NCBI GenBank assembly: GCA_965199955.1 | Contig: CBDATQ010000002.1 | Location: 800,001 to 864,000, forward strand | Reading direction: 5' to 3' | From: Spirochaetia bacterium | Lineage (GTDB): Bacteria > Spirochaetota > Spirochaetia > SZUA-6 > Bin103 | DNA length: 64,000 nucleotides | Shown: positions 19,280 to 28,419 of the stretch, piece after piece | Position numbering within the stretch: position 1 is the stretch's first letter | Layout: the number at the start of each line of letters is the position of its first letter | Translations under genes and position numbers: made by a program | Notes under the pieces: generated by a model | What the model was told of the DNA's origin: nothing | The model's input: the letters and a program-made list of their open reading frames with translations, nothing else | The model's database searches: none

Positions 19280-20209
19280 ATGCAGAGGATCAGGCGAGCG
19301 CAGGCCATGCGCTACGAGTTCGTCGCCGACGAGCCGCTCATCACCGTGGAGCAGGGCGAGAGCTTCCAGGTGGAGACCGAGGATGCCGGGTCCGGGCTGG
19401 TCACCTCCCCGGAGATGGCCGACCGCATCCCGTCGCTGCCGACCAAGCGCGCGACGCCGCCGAAGAGCAACCCGATCGGCGGGCCGATCGCGGTTGCCGG
19501 CGCCGAGCCGGGCGACCTGCTGGAAGTCGAGATCGAGGCGATCGACCTGCAGCCCACCGGCTACACGAACTGGGGCCCGGACTGCACGAAGATCGGCGAC
19601 GACTTCCGCTGGCCGGAGTTGAACCGGTGGACGGTGCGCGTGTTCGAGCACCGCGACGGCAGCACCTTCCTGGACGGCGAACGGCTGTGGCCGACGCGGC
19701 CGATGGTGGGCTGCATCGGCGTCGCCCCGGAGCGGGAGGCGCTCAATACGTCGACCGGACAGACCATCTCCGGCGGCAACCTGGATTCGCGCGACATCAC
19801 CGTGGGCACGAGCGTGCAACTCAACGTCTTCCATCCGGGCGCGCTGCTGTTCCTGGGCGACGTGCACGCCAGCCAGGCGGACACCGAGTACTACGGCACC
19901 GCCGACGAGACGCGGGCGGTCGTGCAGGCGCGTTGCCGGGTGATCAAGGGCACGCGCATCCCCTTCATCCGGCTGCTGAAGCAAGACTCGATCGTCGCGC
20001 TGCGCACCGGCGCCCCGCTGGCCGTGCTGGTCGACCAGGCGGTCGAGGACCTGATGCGCTGGCTGGTGGACGATTACGGCGTGGCGCCTGAGCGCGCCTA
20101 CCTGCACACCTGCATCAACCCCGACTTCCGCATCAACGTCTACCAGTACACGATGGGGCTGGCGACCGTGGGCGCCGAGTTGCCCATGCGCTACCTGCCG
20201 GCCAAATGA
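19280..20209 (+). CDS. Acetamidase/formamidase family protein
   Basis: NPIGGPIAVAGAEPGDLLEV, PMVGCIGVAP, GGNLD and GALLFLGDVHASQADTE. Confidence 0.88.
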   Translation: MQRIRRAQAMRYEFVADEPLITVEQGESFQVETEDAGSGLVTSPEMADRIPSLPTKRATPPKSNPIGGPIAVAGAEPGDLLEVEIEAIDLQPTGYTNWGPDCTKIGDDFRWPELNRWTVRVFEHRDGSTFLDGERLWPTRPMVGCIGVAPEREALNTSTGQTISGGNLDSRDITVGTSVQLNVFHPGALLFLGDVHASQADTEYYGTADETRAVVQARCRVIKGTRIPFIRLLKQDSIVALRTGAPLAVLVDQAVEDLMRWLVDDYGVAPERAYLHTCINPDFRINVYQYTMGLATVGAELPMRYLPAK

Positions 20210-20958
20210 TCTCCTCGAACATGGGAGCGCGGCTCCCCAGGCCGAGCGTCTGCATCGTCGGGGCGTCCGGGAAGCTCGGGCAGTACATGGTGCAGCATGC
20301 TCTGGATCGCGGCTGCGATGTGGTCGGCGTCTGCCGTGAGCGCAGCGTCGGCAAGCTCGACCGGTTCCGCGGGCGAATCACGATCGCTCCCGGAGACACG
20401 AACGACCGCGCGGTCGTCAGGAAGGCGGTCGCGGGATGCGATGCCGTACTCACCGTGCTCGTCCCGTGGGGAGTCCGGCAGTACGCGACCGGAACCGCTC
20501 AGGCGGTGCTCGACTACGCGCCTCCGGGGGCACGTCTCATCTTCTCGTGCGGGTGGCACATCACCCTCGACGGGCACGACGTGTACTCGTGGAAGCTGAA
20601 GGCGTTGGTGATGATCTTCGGCGCGCTCGCGCGCCTCGCGCGCTTCGCGGACCTTGATGATCAGGTGGAAGCGTGCCGGCGCGTGTTCGCCAGCGACACG
20701 CGGTGGACGGTCGTGCGCGGAAGCGATCTCGAAGAGGGTGAGAGCCAGGGCCTGCCCGTGTGGAGCCGGCACGTGGGCGACCCGATCCTGGAGAGCAACC
20801 TCACCCGCCGGGTGGATTTCGCGCTGTTCATGGTGGACGCCGTAGAGAACGATGGGTTGGTCCGTGAAGCCCCTGCGATCGTCGGCTGCAAGACGCCGTC
20901 GGCGCTCGCGCATCGCCGGCAAACCGGCGACAATCGGCATACGGGGATTACGGCATGA
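20206..20958 (+). CDS. NAD(P)H-binding atypical SDR (NAD_binding_10-like)
   Basis: IVGASGKLG, WTVVRGSDL and TRRVDFALFM. Confidence 0.85.
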   Translation: MISSNMGARLPRPSVCIVGASGKLGQYMVQHALDRGCDVVGVCRERSVGKLDRFRGRITIAPGDTNDRAVVRKAVAGCDAVLTVLVPWGVRQYATGTAQAVLDYAPPGARLIFSCGWHITLDGHDVYSWKLKALVMIFGALARLARFADLDDQVEACRRVFASDTRWTVVRGSDLEEGESQGLPVWSRHVGDPILESNLTRRVDFALFMVDAVENDGLVREAPAIVGCKTPSALAHRRQTGDNRHTGITA

Positions 20959-21719
20959 AGATCACGAGCGCACAGGTGGAGGCATACCGCCGCGACGGCT
21001 TCACGGTGGTGGAGGACGTCCTGACGGCGGACGAGGTGCGGGAGACGCGCGCGCATATCGAAGCGATCGCCGAGGGCCGGGTTCCGTTCCCGGAAGCCAA
21101 CCTCGAGTACGAGCCCGGCGCGCGGGACAAGGGCCGTTCCCTGGACACGCTGCGCAAGATCAACGAGGCGGCGCCGCACGATGCGTTCTTCATGGAGTAC
21201 GCCCGGCACCCCCGCATCATGGAGGTCGTGACCGCCCTGCTCGGCCCCGACATCATGTTGTTCGGGGATCAGATCTTCATGAAGCCGCCCGGAGGAGTCG
21301 AGAAGCCGTATCACCAGGACTCCGCCTACTTCAAGATCGAACCGACCGACTTGGCCACCTGCTGGATGGCGCTGGACGAAGTCACGCTGGAGAACGGCTG
21401 TCTGTACGTCATTCCCGGCAGCCATCGGCAAGGCATCCGCGACCACAGCCAGGAGTGGCAGGTGGGCGACCGCACCGACATGCAGGTGCCGGACGAGGCG
21501 ATCGACCTGACGCGGGAGGTGCCCATCACGCTGCGCGCCGGAAGCTGCTCGTTCCACCACAGCGTGCTGCTGCACCGGTCAGGGCCGAACCGCACCCCGT
21601 ACCGGCGGCGCGGGCTTGCCGTGCACTACATGAGCGCCCGCTCCCGCTGGACCGGCGACCCGGCAGACAAGCCTGACTACCCGCTCCTTCACGGCAGGTC
21701 GCACCCCGGGTGCGTGTAG
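20955..21719 (+). CDS. PhyH family Fe(II)/2OG dioxygenase
   Basis: YRRDGF, FMKPP, YHQD, NGCLYVIPGSH and LLHRSGPN. Confidence 0.92.
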   Translation: MKITSAQVEAYRRDGFTVVEDVLTADEVRETRAHIEAIAEGRVPFPEANLEYEPGARDKGRSLDTLRKINEAAPHDAFFMEYARHPRIMEVVTALLGPDIMLFGDQIFMKPPGGVEKPYHQDSAYFKIEPTDLATCWMALDEVTLENGCLYVIPGSHRQGIRDHSQEWQVGDRTDMQVPDEAIDLTREVPITLRAGSCSFHHSVLLHRSGPNRTPYRRRGLAVHYMSARSRWTGDPADKPDYPLLHGRSHPGCV

Positions 21720-21874
21720 CCCAGCAACCGTCTGGGGCCGCCGCCATGTGGCGAGAATACCCCCCTATTCTGGCCAAGAGATGGCTGGAATTGCCTTGGA
21801 TTCAAGCCACCGGGCGCTACGCGGCCGGCGTCGAGGGTACGGGAGCCCGCGTCCCGCCGTGCTACCCTGTGGGC

Positions 21875-22237
21875 ATGGCAACGCAAGGGGTCGTCAAGCG
21901 TTCGACCGAGGTGCCGTGCGCGACGGTCGCCGCCGGCACCGCGACCGAGACGGCGGTGCTGATCGGGCCGGCCGACGGGGCGCCGAACTTCGCCATGCGG
22001 CGCTTCACGATGGGCGCGGGCGGCGGCATGCCGCGCCATACCAACCTGGTGGAGCACGAGCAGTACGTGGTGCGCGGACGGGCCAACGTGACGGTCGGCG
22101 ACACCGTGCACGAGGTCGGGGAGGGCGACGTGCTGCTCATTCCCGGCGGCACGCCGCACTCCTACGAGGTGGAGCAGGCGCCGTTCGAGTTCCTGTGCAT
22201 CGTCCCGAATCGCGAGGACCGGATCGAGCTCTGCTGA
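21875..22237 (+). CDS. Cupin domain protein
   Basis: FAMRRF...MPRHTNLVEHEQYVVRG...GDVLLIPGGTPHSY. Confidence 0.88.
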   Translation: MATQGVVKRSTEVPCATVAAGTATETAVLIGPADGAPNFAMRRFTMGAGGGMPRHTNLVEHEQYVVRGRANVTVGDTVHEVGEGDVLLIPGGTPHSYEVEQAPFEFLCIVPNREDRIELC

Positions 22238-22257
22238 GCCATGAGGAGGACAAGGGA

Positions 22258-22632
22258 GTGATCGGAATTCATCTTGCTGCAAGGCTCAAGGGTTTGCGGC
22301 TCCTGGGAAGCGGCGCGTTGATCGTGGCGTCGATCGCAGCGTGCGCTTCGCCGCCGCAGTTGCGCGACGTCTCCGAGGACTCGGTGACGCTGGTCTCACA
22401 AGGCCCATTGAACGCGGAGGAGCAGAGCATGGCGACCGCGCAAGCCCAGCATTCATGCTCCTTGTTCGACCGAAGAGCCGTTCAGCAAACGCCTTCGTTC
22501 GAGGGGGTATGCGAAACGCCTGTGAACAGCTCCCTGGACCTGTTTGGTGGTGGTCCCGGATGCAAGGACGACATCCGCCGGCACGTATTCGCGTGCGTGG
22601 CACCTGATGTAGACGATAGAGGAGAGGGGTAG
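22258..22632 (+). CDS. Putative Cys-containing lipoprotein
   Basis: GAGGAGGA and AAGGGA upstream of the GTG; hydrophobic stretch ending in IAAC lipobox; four further Cys. Confidence 0.55.
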   Translation: MIGIHLAARLKGLRLLGSGALIVASIAACASPPQLRDVSEDSVTLVSQGPLNAEEQSMATAQAQHSCSLFDRRAVQQTPSFEGVCETPVNSSLDLFGGGPGCKDDIRRHVFACVAPDVDDRGEG

Positions 22633-22661
22633 ACGTCTGCTGGCCGCCGCCGGCGCCGCGC

Positions 22662-24185
22662 TCAGGCCGGCCGAGACAATCCGAGCCGTCGATACTGCTC
22701 GGGCGGGGCGTCGGCCTCGGTCATCAGCCGCAGCAGGTGATCGATCATGCCCGCCTCGATCGCCTCATCTTCCAGGGGAGCGGTCTGACCGGGGTCGTTG
22801 CGGAGGTCGAACAGCCGTGAGCGGTTCCGGTCGGCGTGGCGGCCCCGTTCCGCCCCGAACCGCACGCGGGTCGGGATGCGCAGCGTGCCCATCCCCTTGG
22901 TGAAGGAGAACGGATCGGCCAGCGTGGCGTCGCGCAGCTCGTCGGTACCGAAGCGCGTGCGCATGCGCGCCGGCATCAGCGTGTAGTCGTAGAGCTCCTG
23001 GTCGTCGACGTCCGCGGGGCCGCGCCAGTACACGTAGCGGCCGTCGGTGACGTTCACGTGCGCGCCGTGCTGGCCGAAGATCGCGGCGTCGCGCACCGGC
23101 GCGTCTCGTTCCAGCACCGGCGTCAGGTCGCAGCCGAGCATGTCGTCGAACCGCTCGAACCCGAAGTACGACAGCAGTGTCGGGCCCAGATCGATCGACG
23201 GCTGCACCAGCGCCTCTCGCCGTTCACCGCGCACGCCGGCGCGCGGGTCCCATACGAAGAATGGCGTGTGCGACACCTCCTCGTAGTACGGCGCCCACAC
23301 CTTGGCCCAGCACTCGTGCTCGCCGAGCAGGAAGCCGTGGTCGGTCCAGACGATGAGCATCGTGTCGTCCCACAGCGACAGCTCGTCCATGGTGTCCAGC
23401 ACGTCGCCCAGGCGTGCGTCGCACATCGACACCAGGGATGCGTACTCGTGGCGCATGTGGTCGACCAGCTCGGCGTCCTCGGTCACGTAGTCGTAGCGCG
23501 GCCAGTCGAACAGCGGCCCGTTCTTCGCGCGCCACCCCGCGTAGTGATCGGCGTAGCGGTCCTTGAACTCGCGGCTGCTGTAGAACGGCTCGTGCGGGTC
23601 GAAGGTCTCCATGTGCAGGAACCAGTTGTCGTCGTCGCGGTTGCGGCGCATGAAGTCGATGCCGGCGGCGACCGTCTGCGACTGCGGCAGCTCCGCGGTA
23701 GTGCGCATGAACAGGCGGTTGACGCGATCCTGCACCCGCGTCGGGTCGTCGGAGGCATTCTGGCCCAGGGCGCTGCCGGCCGGCGGCGGGGTGACCATGC
23801 CGATCCACGGATCGCCCTCCTGTCCGCGGAAGAACTCCCAGCTCCGGTAGCGGGCGTGGTAGTTGGCGCCGCCCTCTTCCCAGTAGTGGTAGTGGTCGGA
23901 CGACAGGTGCGTGTAGACCCCGTTCTCGCGCAGGAAGTCCGGCACCGAGTCGTCGAACGGCTCGATCGGCCCCCAGCTCCGGTGCAGGAAGTTGGGGCGG
24001 CCGGTGTGCAGGTCGCGCCGCGCCGGCATGCACGGCATGGAGCAGATGTAGGAGCGGTCGAACACGGCGGTGCGCTCGGCCAGCCGCGCGAAGTTGGGGG
24101 CATGGACCGGCGGGGCGGCGCCGCCGCCGTACGGGGGCAGCATGTGGCGGTTCAGGGAGTCGAACATCAGCATCACGCACTTCAT
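22662..24185 (-). CDS. Sulfatase (formylglycine type)
   Basis: MFDSLNRH, CMPARR (CxPxR), FDPHEPF and WTDHGFLLGEH. Confidence 0.92.
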   Translation of the reverse strand: MKCVMLMFDSLNRHMLPPYGGGAAPPVHAPNFARLAERTAVFDRSYICSMPCMPARRDLHTGRPNFLHRSWGPIEPFDDSVPDFLRENGVYTHLSSDHYHYWEEGGANYHARYRSWEFFRGQEGDPWIGMVTPPPAGSALGQNASDDPTRVQDRVNRLFMRTTAELPQSQTVAAGIDFMRRNRDDDNWFLHMETFDPHEPFYSSREFKDRYADHYAGWRAKNGPLFDWPRYDYVTEDAELVDHMRHEYASLVSMCDARLGDVLDTMDELSLWDDTMLIVWTDHGFLLGEHECWAKVWAPYYEEVSHTPFFVWDPRAGVRGERREALVQPSIDLGPTLLSYFGFERFDDMLGCDLTPVLERDAPVRDAAIFGQHGAHVNVTDGRYVYWRGPADVDDQELYDYTLMPARMRTRFGTDELRDATLADPFSFTKGMGTLRIPTRVRFGAERGRHADRNRSRLFDLRNDPGQTAPLEDEAIEAGMIDHLLRLMTEADAPPEQYRRLGLSRPA

Positions 24186-24268
24186 GGACGGGTTCCTCGC
24201 CGGGCGAGGGTAGCACGCGCCGGGCGTCCTGACCGTCGCGCGCGGATCTGGTATCGTTCCCGCCGATC

Positions 24269-25015
24269 GTGCAGAACATGGACAGTCCTCCGGTCTTCGA
24301 CGCCAACATCGCCGTCGGCGATACCAAGGTGAGCCTCTCGCCGCTCCGCGATCGCGCGCAGCTCCTGGCAGAGATGGACCGCCACGGCGTCGGCCGCGCG
24401 CTGATCCATCACCCGAACAGCCACGAGCCGTTCGTGGACGGCGTCGTGACCGACGAGGAGCTGGACGAATGGCGCAACGATCGGCTGTTCCCGCAGTGGA
24501 CGGGATTGCCGGTACCCATCTCGATCGAACGCCTGGTCGAGCGGCACGCGGCCGGCGACCTGACCTGTGTGCGCATCTGCGCGGGCGAGCGCGTGTATTC
24601 GCCGTTCACTCCCTGGCTGTACGGCGAGCTGCTGACGTGGCTGGCCGAGATCGGCGCGCCCGCCGTGATCGACCTGACGGAGCTGGCACCGGATGACATC
24701 GTGCGCACGCTCAACGGTTTCCCGCGCCTGCGCAGCATCGTGGTGGGTGCCCATCCTACGCACCAGCACTTCGTGCCGGCCATGCTGCGCGCGGTCGACG
24801 GCATGCATCTTGAGCTCAGCCGCTACGAGCCCCTGGGCGGGGTGGAGGCGCTCTGCCGGGAGTTCGGCTCCTCGCGGCTCCTGTACGGATCGTGGTATCC
24901 GCGCTACGCGATGGGCCCCATCGTCCACTTCCTGCGCACGATCGAGTTGTCCGACAGCGACCGCGTGGCCTTGCTGGCCGGGACGCTCGAAGGACTGCTG
25001 GGGATAGACGCGTGA
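24269..25015 (+). CDS. Amidohydrolase-fold protein lacking the N-terminal HxH metal motif
   Basis: VFDANIAVG...EMDRHGVGRAL...RLLYGSWYP...LLAGTLEGLLG; overlaps the next gene (GTGA). Confidence 0.75.
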   Translation: MQNMDSPPVFDANIAVGDTKVSLSPLRDRAQLLAEMDRHGVGRALIHHPNSHEPFVDGVVTDEELDEWRNDRLFPQWTGLPVPISIERLVERHAAGDLTCVRICAGERVYSPFTPWLYGELLTWLAEIGAPAVIDLTELAPDDIVRTLNGFPRLRSIVVGAHPTHQHFVPAMLRAVDGMHLELSRYEPLGGVEALCREFGSSRLLYGSWYPRYAMGPIVHFLRTIELSDSDRVALLAGTLEGLLGIDA

Positions 25016-25731
25016 TCATCGACTTTCACGGCCACACCGGCATGGGCGCCACCGCCGACGAGATGCTGCGCGCGATGGACGGGGCCGGCGTCGACCGCGC
25101 CTGCTTGTTCAACATTTATCATCCGACCGGAGTACGCGCCAACGACGAGACCGCCGCCTTCTGCGCCGCCCACCCCGACCGCTTCCTGGGCTTCTCCTTC
25201 GTGTCCCCGCACCTTCCGGAAGCGGACATCACCGCCGAGCTCCGCCGCGCCGCCGACGACCTGGGCCTGGTCGCGATCAAGATCTACCCGCCGTACGCGC
25301 CGTGGTCGCTGGACCACGAGCGCTACTGGCCCATCTACCGGTTTGCGGACGATCGCGGGCTTGCGGTGATCAGCCACACCGGCCGCGAGTGGCAGGGGCA
25401 TCCGAAGTACCTGTCCGTGGTTGCGCCACTTTTCCCGGGCGCGCACTTCGTGTCCGGCCACACCGGCAACGAGCAGCCGTACCGCGGCCAGGCGCTCGCC
25501 GCCGCACAGGCATACACGAACGTCTACCTGGAGACCTGCTCCACGTTCCGCACGCCGGGGGTGATCGAGGAGCTGGTCGCCGAGGGGGGCGAGGACCGGG
25601 TGCTGTTCGGCTCCGACATCCCGCTCATGGACCCGCGCAGCCAGATCGCCAAGGTGCTCACCGCCGACATCAGCGAAACCGCCAAGCGCAAGGTGCTCGG
25701 CGACAACGCGGCACGACTCCTCGGGATCTGA
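25012..25731 (+). CDS. Amidohydrolase_2 family protein
   Basis: IIDFHGH, IKIYP, ISHTG, SGHTG, RVLFGSDIP and GDNAARLLG. Confidence 0.9.
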   Translation: MIIDFHGHTGMGATADEMLRAMDGAGVDRACLFNIYHPTGVRANDETAAFCAAHPDRFLGFSFVSPHLPEADITAELRRAADDLGLVAIKIYPPYAPWSLDHERYWPIYRFADDRGLAVISHTGREWQGHPKYLSVVAPLFPGAHFVSGHTGNEQPYRGQALAAAQAYTNVYLETCSTFRTPGVIEELVAEGGEDRVLFGSDIPLMDPRSQIAKVLTADISETAKRKVLGDNAARLLGI

Positions 25732-25734
25732 CCC

Positions 25735-26103
25735 TCAGCCGCTGCCCCGGGCCCGCAGCCGGGCAACGAGTTGATGGACGCCCCAGCCGACGGCGGCGAC
25801 GAGCACCACGTACACCCACCACGGCAGGTTGCGCCCGAAGACCAGTACGTACAGGTAGGGGACGACGGTCGCCGCCAGGAAGATCATGCTCCAGCGCCCG
25901 ACCGCCCCGCGGTCGCTCTTGAGGGCGCGGGCCATGCGGTACAGCGAATAGTAGAACAGGGGACCGCAGACCGCCGACAGGGCCAGGAACACGTACGGAT
26001 TGACCGCGTAGCGTTCCCGTGTAGTTGTCACCAAGTCGCCGATCCAGGCGATGACCGTCTCGAGCACGAAGGACACGAATCCTAACATGCGCGGCCGTGC
26101 CAT
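25735..26103 (-). CDS. Small membrane protein
   Basis: 3-4 hydrophobic segments; RYAVNPYVF and PYLYVLVFGRNLPWWVY. Start uncertain. Confidence 0.7.
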   Translation of the reverse strand: MARPRMLGFVSFVLETVIAWIGDLVTTTRERYAVNPYVFLALSAVCGPLFYYSLYRMARALKSDRGAVGRWSMIFLAATVVPYLYVLVFGRNLPWWVYVVLVAAVGWGVHQLVARLRARGSG

Positions 26104-26123
26104 AATATCGGCGGATACCGGTC

Positions 26124-27023
26124 ATGGCGAAGGAGAGGATGGCGAGCATTGATCGCGACGCGTTCGAGAGGGACGGCTTCCTCCTGCTCCGAGGGCTGCT
26201 TGCGCCGGAGGACCTCGCCCCGGTCCTGCGGGTGATCCTGGAGGCGGCCGGGCGGCTTATCGACGACCTGTGCGAGCAGGGCCGGCTGCCGTCGCGGTTC
26301 GGGGACGACCCCATGGTCGCGCGCTGGCAGCAGGCGGTCGCCGCGCTCGGCGGCGAGCACGAGCGGAGGAGCTGGGATGCAGACGTGGTCACCCCCGAGC
26401 TGCACGCCCTGATGGCACACCCGCGCGTGCTGGACGTGGTCGAGTCCGTCATCGGCGGCGAGATCGAGGCCACCGGCATGATCGCGGTCCGCCCGAAGAT
26501 CCCGAACGACAAGCGCACCACCGTGCTCTGGCACCAGGACAGCAATTACTTCGGCGAGCAGACGGCGGCACAGCGGATCATCAGCGTGTGGTTCCCGCTG
26601 GTGCCCGCCGACGCGCACAACGGCTGCATGCAGGTCATCCCCGGCAGTCACCGGCACGGCTATCACGCGGCGGAGATCGACCCCGACCACAAGGCGCTGC
26701 GGCCGCTGGACGATCCCACGCGGTTCGGGGAGCCGGTGACGCTGCCGATGCAGGTCGGCGACGTGCTGTTCTTCAGCAACCTGACCTATCACCGCTCGCT
26801 GATGAACGGCAGCGGTCACACCCGCTGGAGCATCGACCTGCGTTACCACCGGGCCGGCATGGAGCATCCGCGCAAGCCGGACTTTCTGCCGGGATTCATC
26901 GCCCGCAGCCGCGCCGATCCGGCGGCCGAGGAGGGGTGGCCCGAGTGGCGCGATCAGGTCGCGGGTAGCACGTACTTCAACCGGATGCGCGCCATGAAGC
27001 GCGCCGCCCCGCTGGCGGTCTGA
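26124..27023 (+). CDS. PhyH family Fe(II)/2OG dioxygenase
   Basis: FERDGFL, LWHQD, WFPLV, NGCMQVIPGSH and TYHRSLMN. Confidence 0.92.
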   Translation: MAKERMASIDRDAFERDGFLLLRGLLAPEDLAPVLRVILEAAGRLIDDLCEQGRLPSRFGDDPMVARWQQAVAALGGEHERRSWDADVVTPELHALMAHPRVLDVVESVIGGEIEATGMIAVRPKIPNDKRTTVLWHQDSNYFGEQTAAQRIISVWFPLVPADAHNGCMQVIPGSHRHGYHAAEIDPDHKALRPLDDPTRFGEPVTLPMQVGDVLFFSNLTYHRSLMNGSGHTRWSIDLRYHRAGMEHPRKPDFLPGFIARSRADPAAEEGWPEWRDQVAGSTYFNRMRAMKRAAPLAV

Positions 27024-27032
27024 GCCGCTTCG

Positions 27033-27809
27033 CTACAAACCGCCGCCCACTCCCACGAGCAGGCTGAGGCTGAACGACCAGGGCGTGAGCTTGGGCTTGC
27101 TGCCCTCCAGCACCGGGGCGCCGTCGAGGAGGCCGGTGCCGCCGAACAGCCGGTACGTCGGCTCCAGGGGGGCGTAGGCGACCCCGGCAATGAGGCCGGC
27201 GTGCAGTCCCCAAGGGTCGCCGGGGGGCAGCACCGCCAGCTCGAAGCCGGCCGAGGCCCTGAGCACGAGCGTGTTGGTGCCGACCGAGAACACGTTGGGA
27301 CTTCCGTCCAGCGAAACCACATCGTCGAATCCGCCGGGTCTGTCCGGGTATCCGCGCAGCCCCACCGTCTGCACGCCTGCTCCGGCGGTGACGAAGCCGA
27401 TCGCGGCCGGCAGCTTGATCGGAGCGTAGCCGACCTGCAGGGACAGCGCGTCGCTGGACAGCTCCACGGACCGGCTGTTCCGTGTGCTTGCGGTCCCGGC
27501 GTGGCTGCTTTCGAGCATCGCGACGAACTGCCCGTAGGTGACCAGTGCTCCCCAGCCGTGCGAGAAGCTGTTCCGGTTCGGGTCCCGGCTCTGACTCAGC
27601 CGCTCCAGGAGGTTCGGATACTCCTCGTCGAACCCGAGATGGGTCCAGCCGGCGCTGTAGTAGGTGAGCATGGTCAGGTCCGGTGGCCCGTAGAAGGCGG
27701 CGAGCAGGTCCTGTTGCGGGTTGTCCTGCGCTACGGCAAGCCCCGATACGCTCAGCGACACGACTGCCGCTGCCAACCATGCGAATCGTCTGTGCGTCGT
27801 CCTTCGCAT
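27033..27809 (-). CDS. Secreted protein, possible outer-membrane beta-barrel
   Basis: GGAGGGG RBS; signal peptide ending AVA-QD; alternating amphipathic strands; C-terminal FSLSLLVGVGGGL. Confidence 0.55.
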   Translation of the reverse strand: MRRTTHRRFAWLAAAVVSLSVSGLAVAQDNPQQDLLAAFYGPPDLTMLTYYSAGWTHLGFDEEYPNLLERLSQSRDPNRNSFSHGWGALVTYGQFVAMLESSHAGTASTRNSRSVELSSDALSLQVGYAPIKLPAAIGFVTAGAGVQTVGLRGYPDRPGGFDDVVSLDGSPNVFSVGTNTLVLRASAGFELAVLPPGDPWGLHAGLIAGVAYAPLEPTYRLFGGTGLLDGAPVLEGSKPKLTPWSFSLSLLVGVGGGL

Positions 27810-27864
27810 GTCGTTCCCCTCCACGCCCAGCAGGCGCGCATGCCCACTGGACACGCGGAGTCTA

Positions 27865-28419
27865 CTACGTTTCGCCGCCGCTGTCGGTTTCCGTGGCGGA
27901 CCGCTCTTTCAGCCAGAAGCGCAGCAGCATCAGCGCCGCCACCGACAGCGCGACCACGCTCAGGCCGCCGATCCAGAAGATCGCCGGGGCCGTCTGGTCG
28001 GCCAGACGCGGCGCGTACCCGACGCCCAGGAGGGCGACCACGAAGCCGGCGACCACCGTGCCGATGCCCACCTTCGTCAGATAGGCGCGCCTGACCGCGT
28101 AGCGGCGGCCGGCGGCGCGGCCGCGCAGGATGGTCAGGTGGTCGTAGGACGCCTCCATGATCATCAGCAGCCCCAGCCCGTACGCCAGGCCAGGCCACAC
28201 CTGCACCGGCGTGCCTGCGGTCACCAGCGCCCCGGCGTGCGCCACCAGCAGCGCGAACACGCCGGCGGTGATGAACCCGGAGCGGTGCTGCTGGGCGCCG
28301 TAGACGACCGCGGCCACGCCTGCCAGCGATGCCAGCACCGTGCCCATGGTGATGCCCGCCAGGGCCAGGTTCCACGCGCCCAGGACCAGCGGCAGCCCGA
28401 GCAGGACGAGCCGGGTCAT
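27865..28419 (-). CDS. Multi-pass membrane protein, last gene of the MoxR module
   Basis: About 6 TM segments; start overlaps the DUF58 stop. Confidence 0.7.
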   Translation of the reverse strand: MTRLVLLGLPLVLGAWNLALAGITMGTVLASLAGVAAVVYGAQQHRSGFITAGVFALLVAHAGALVTAGTPVQVWPGLAYGLGLLMIMEASYDHLTILRGRAAGRRYAVRRAYLTKVGIGTVVAGFVVALLGVGYAPRLADQTAPAIFWIGGLSVVALSVAALMLLRFWLKERSATETDSGGET

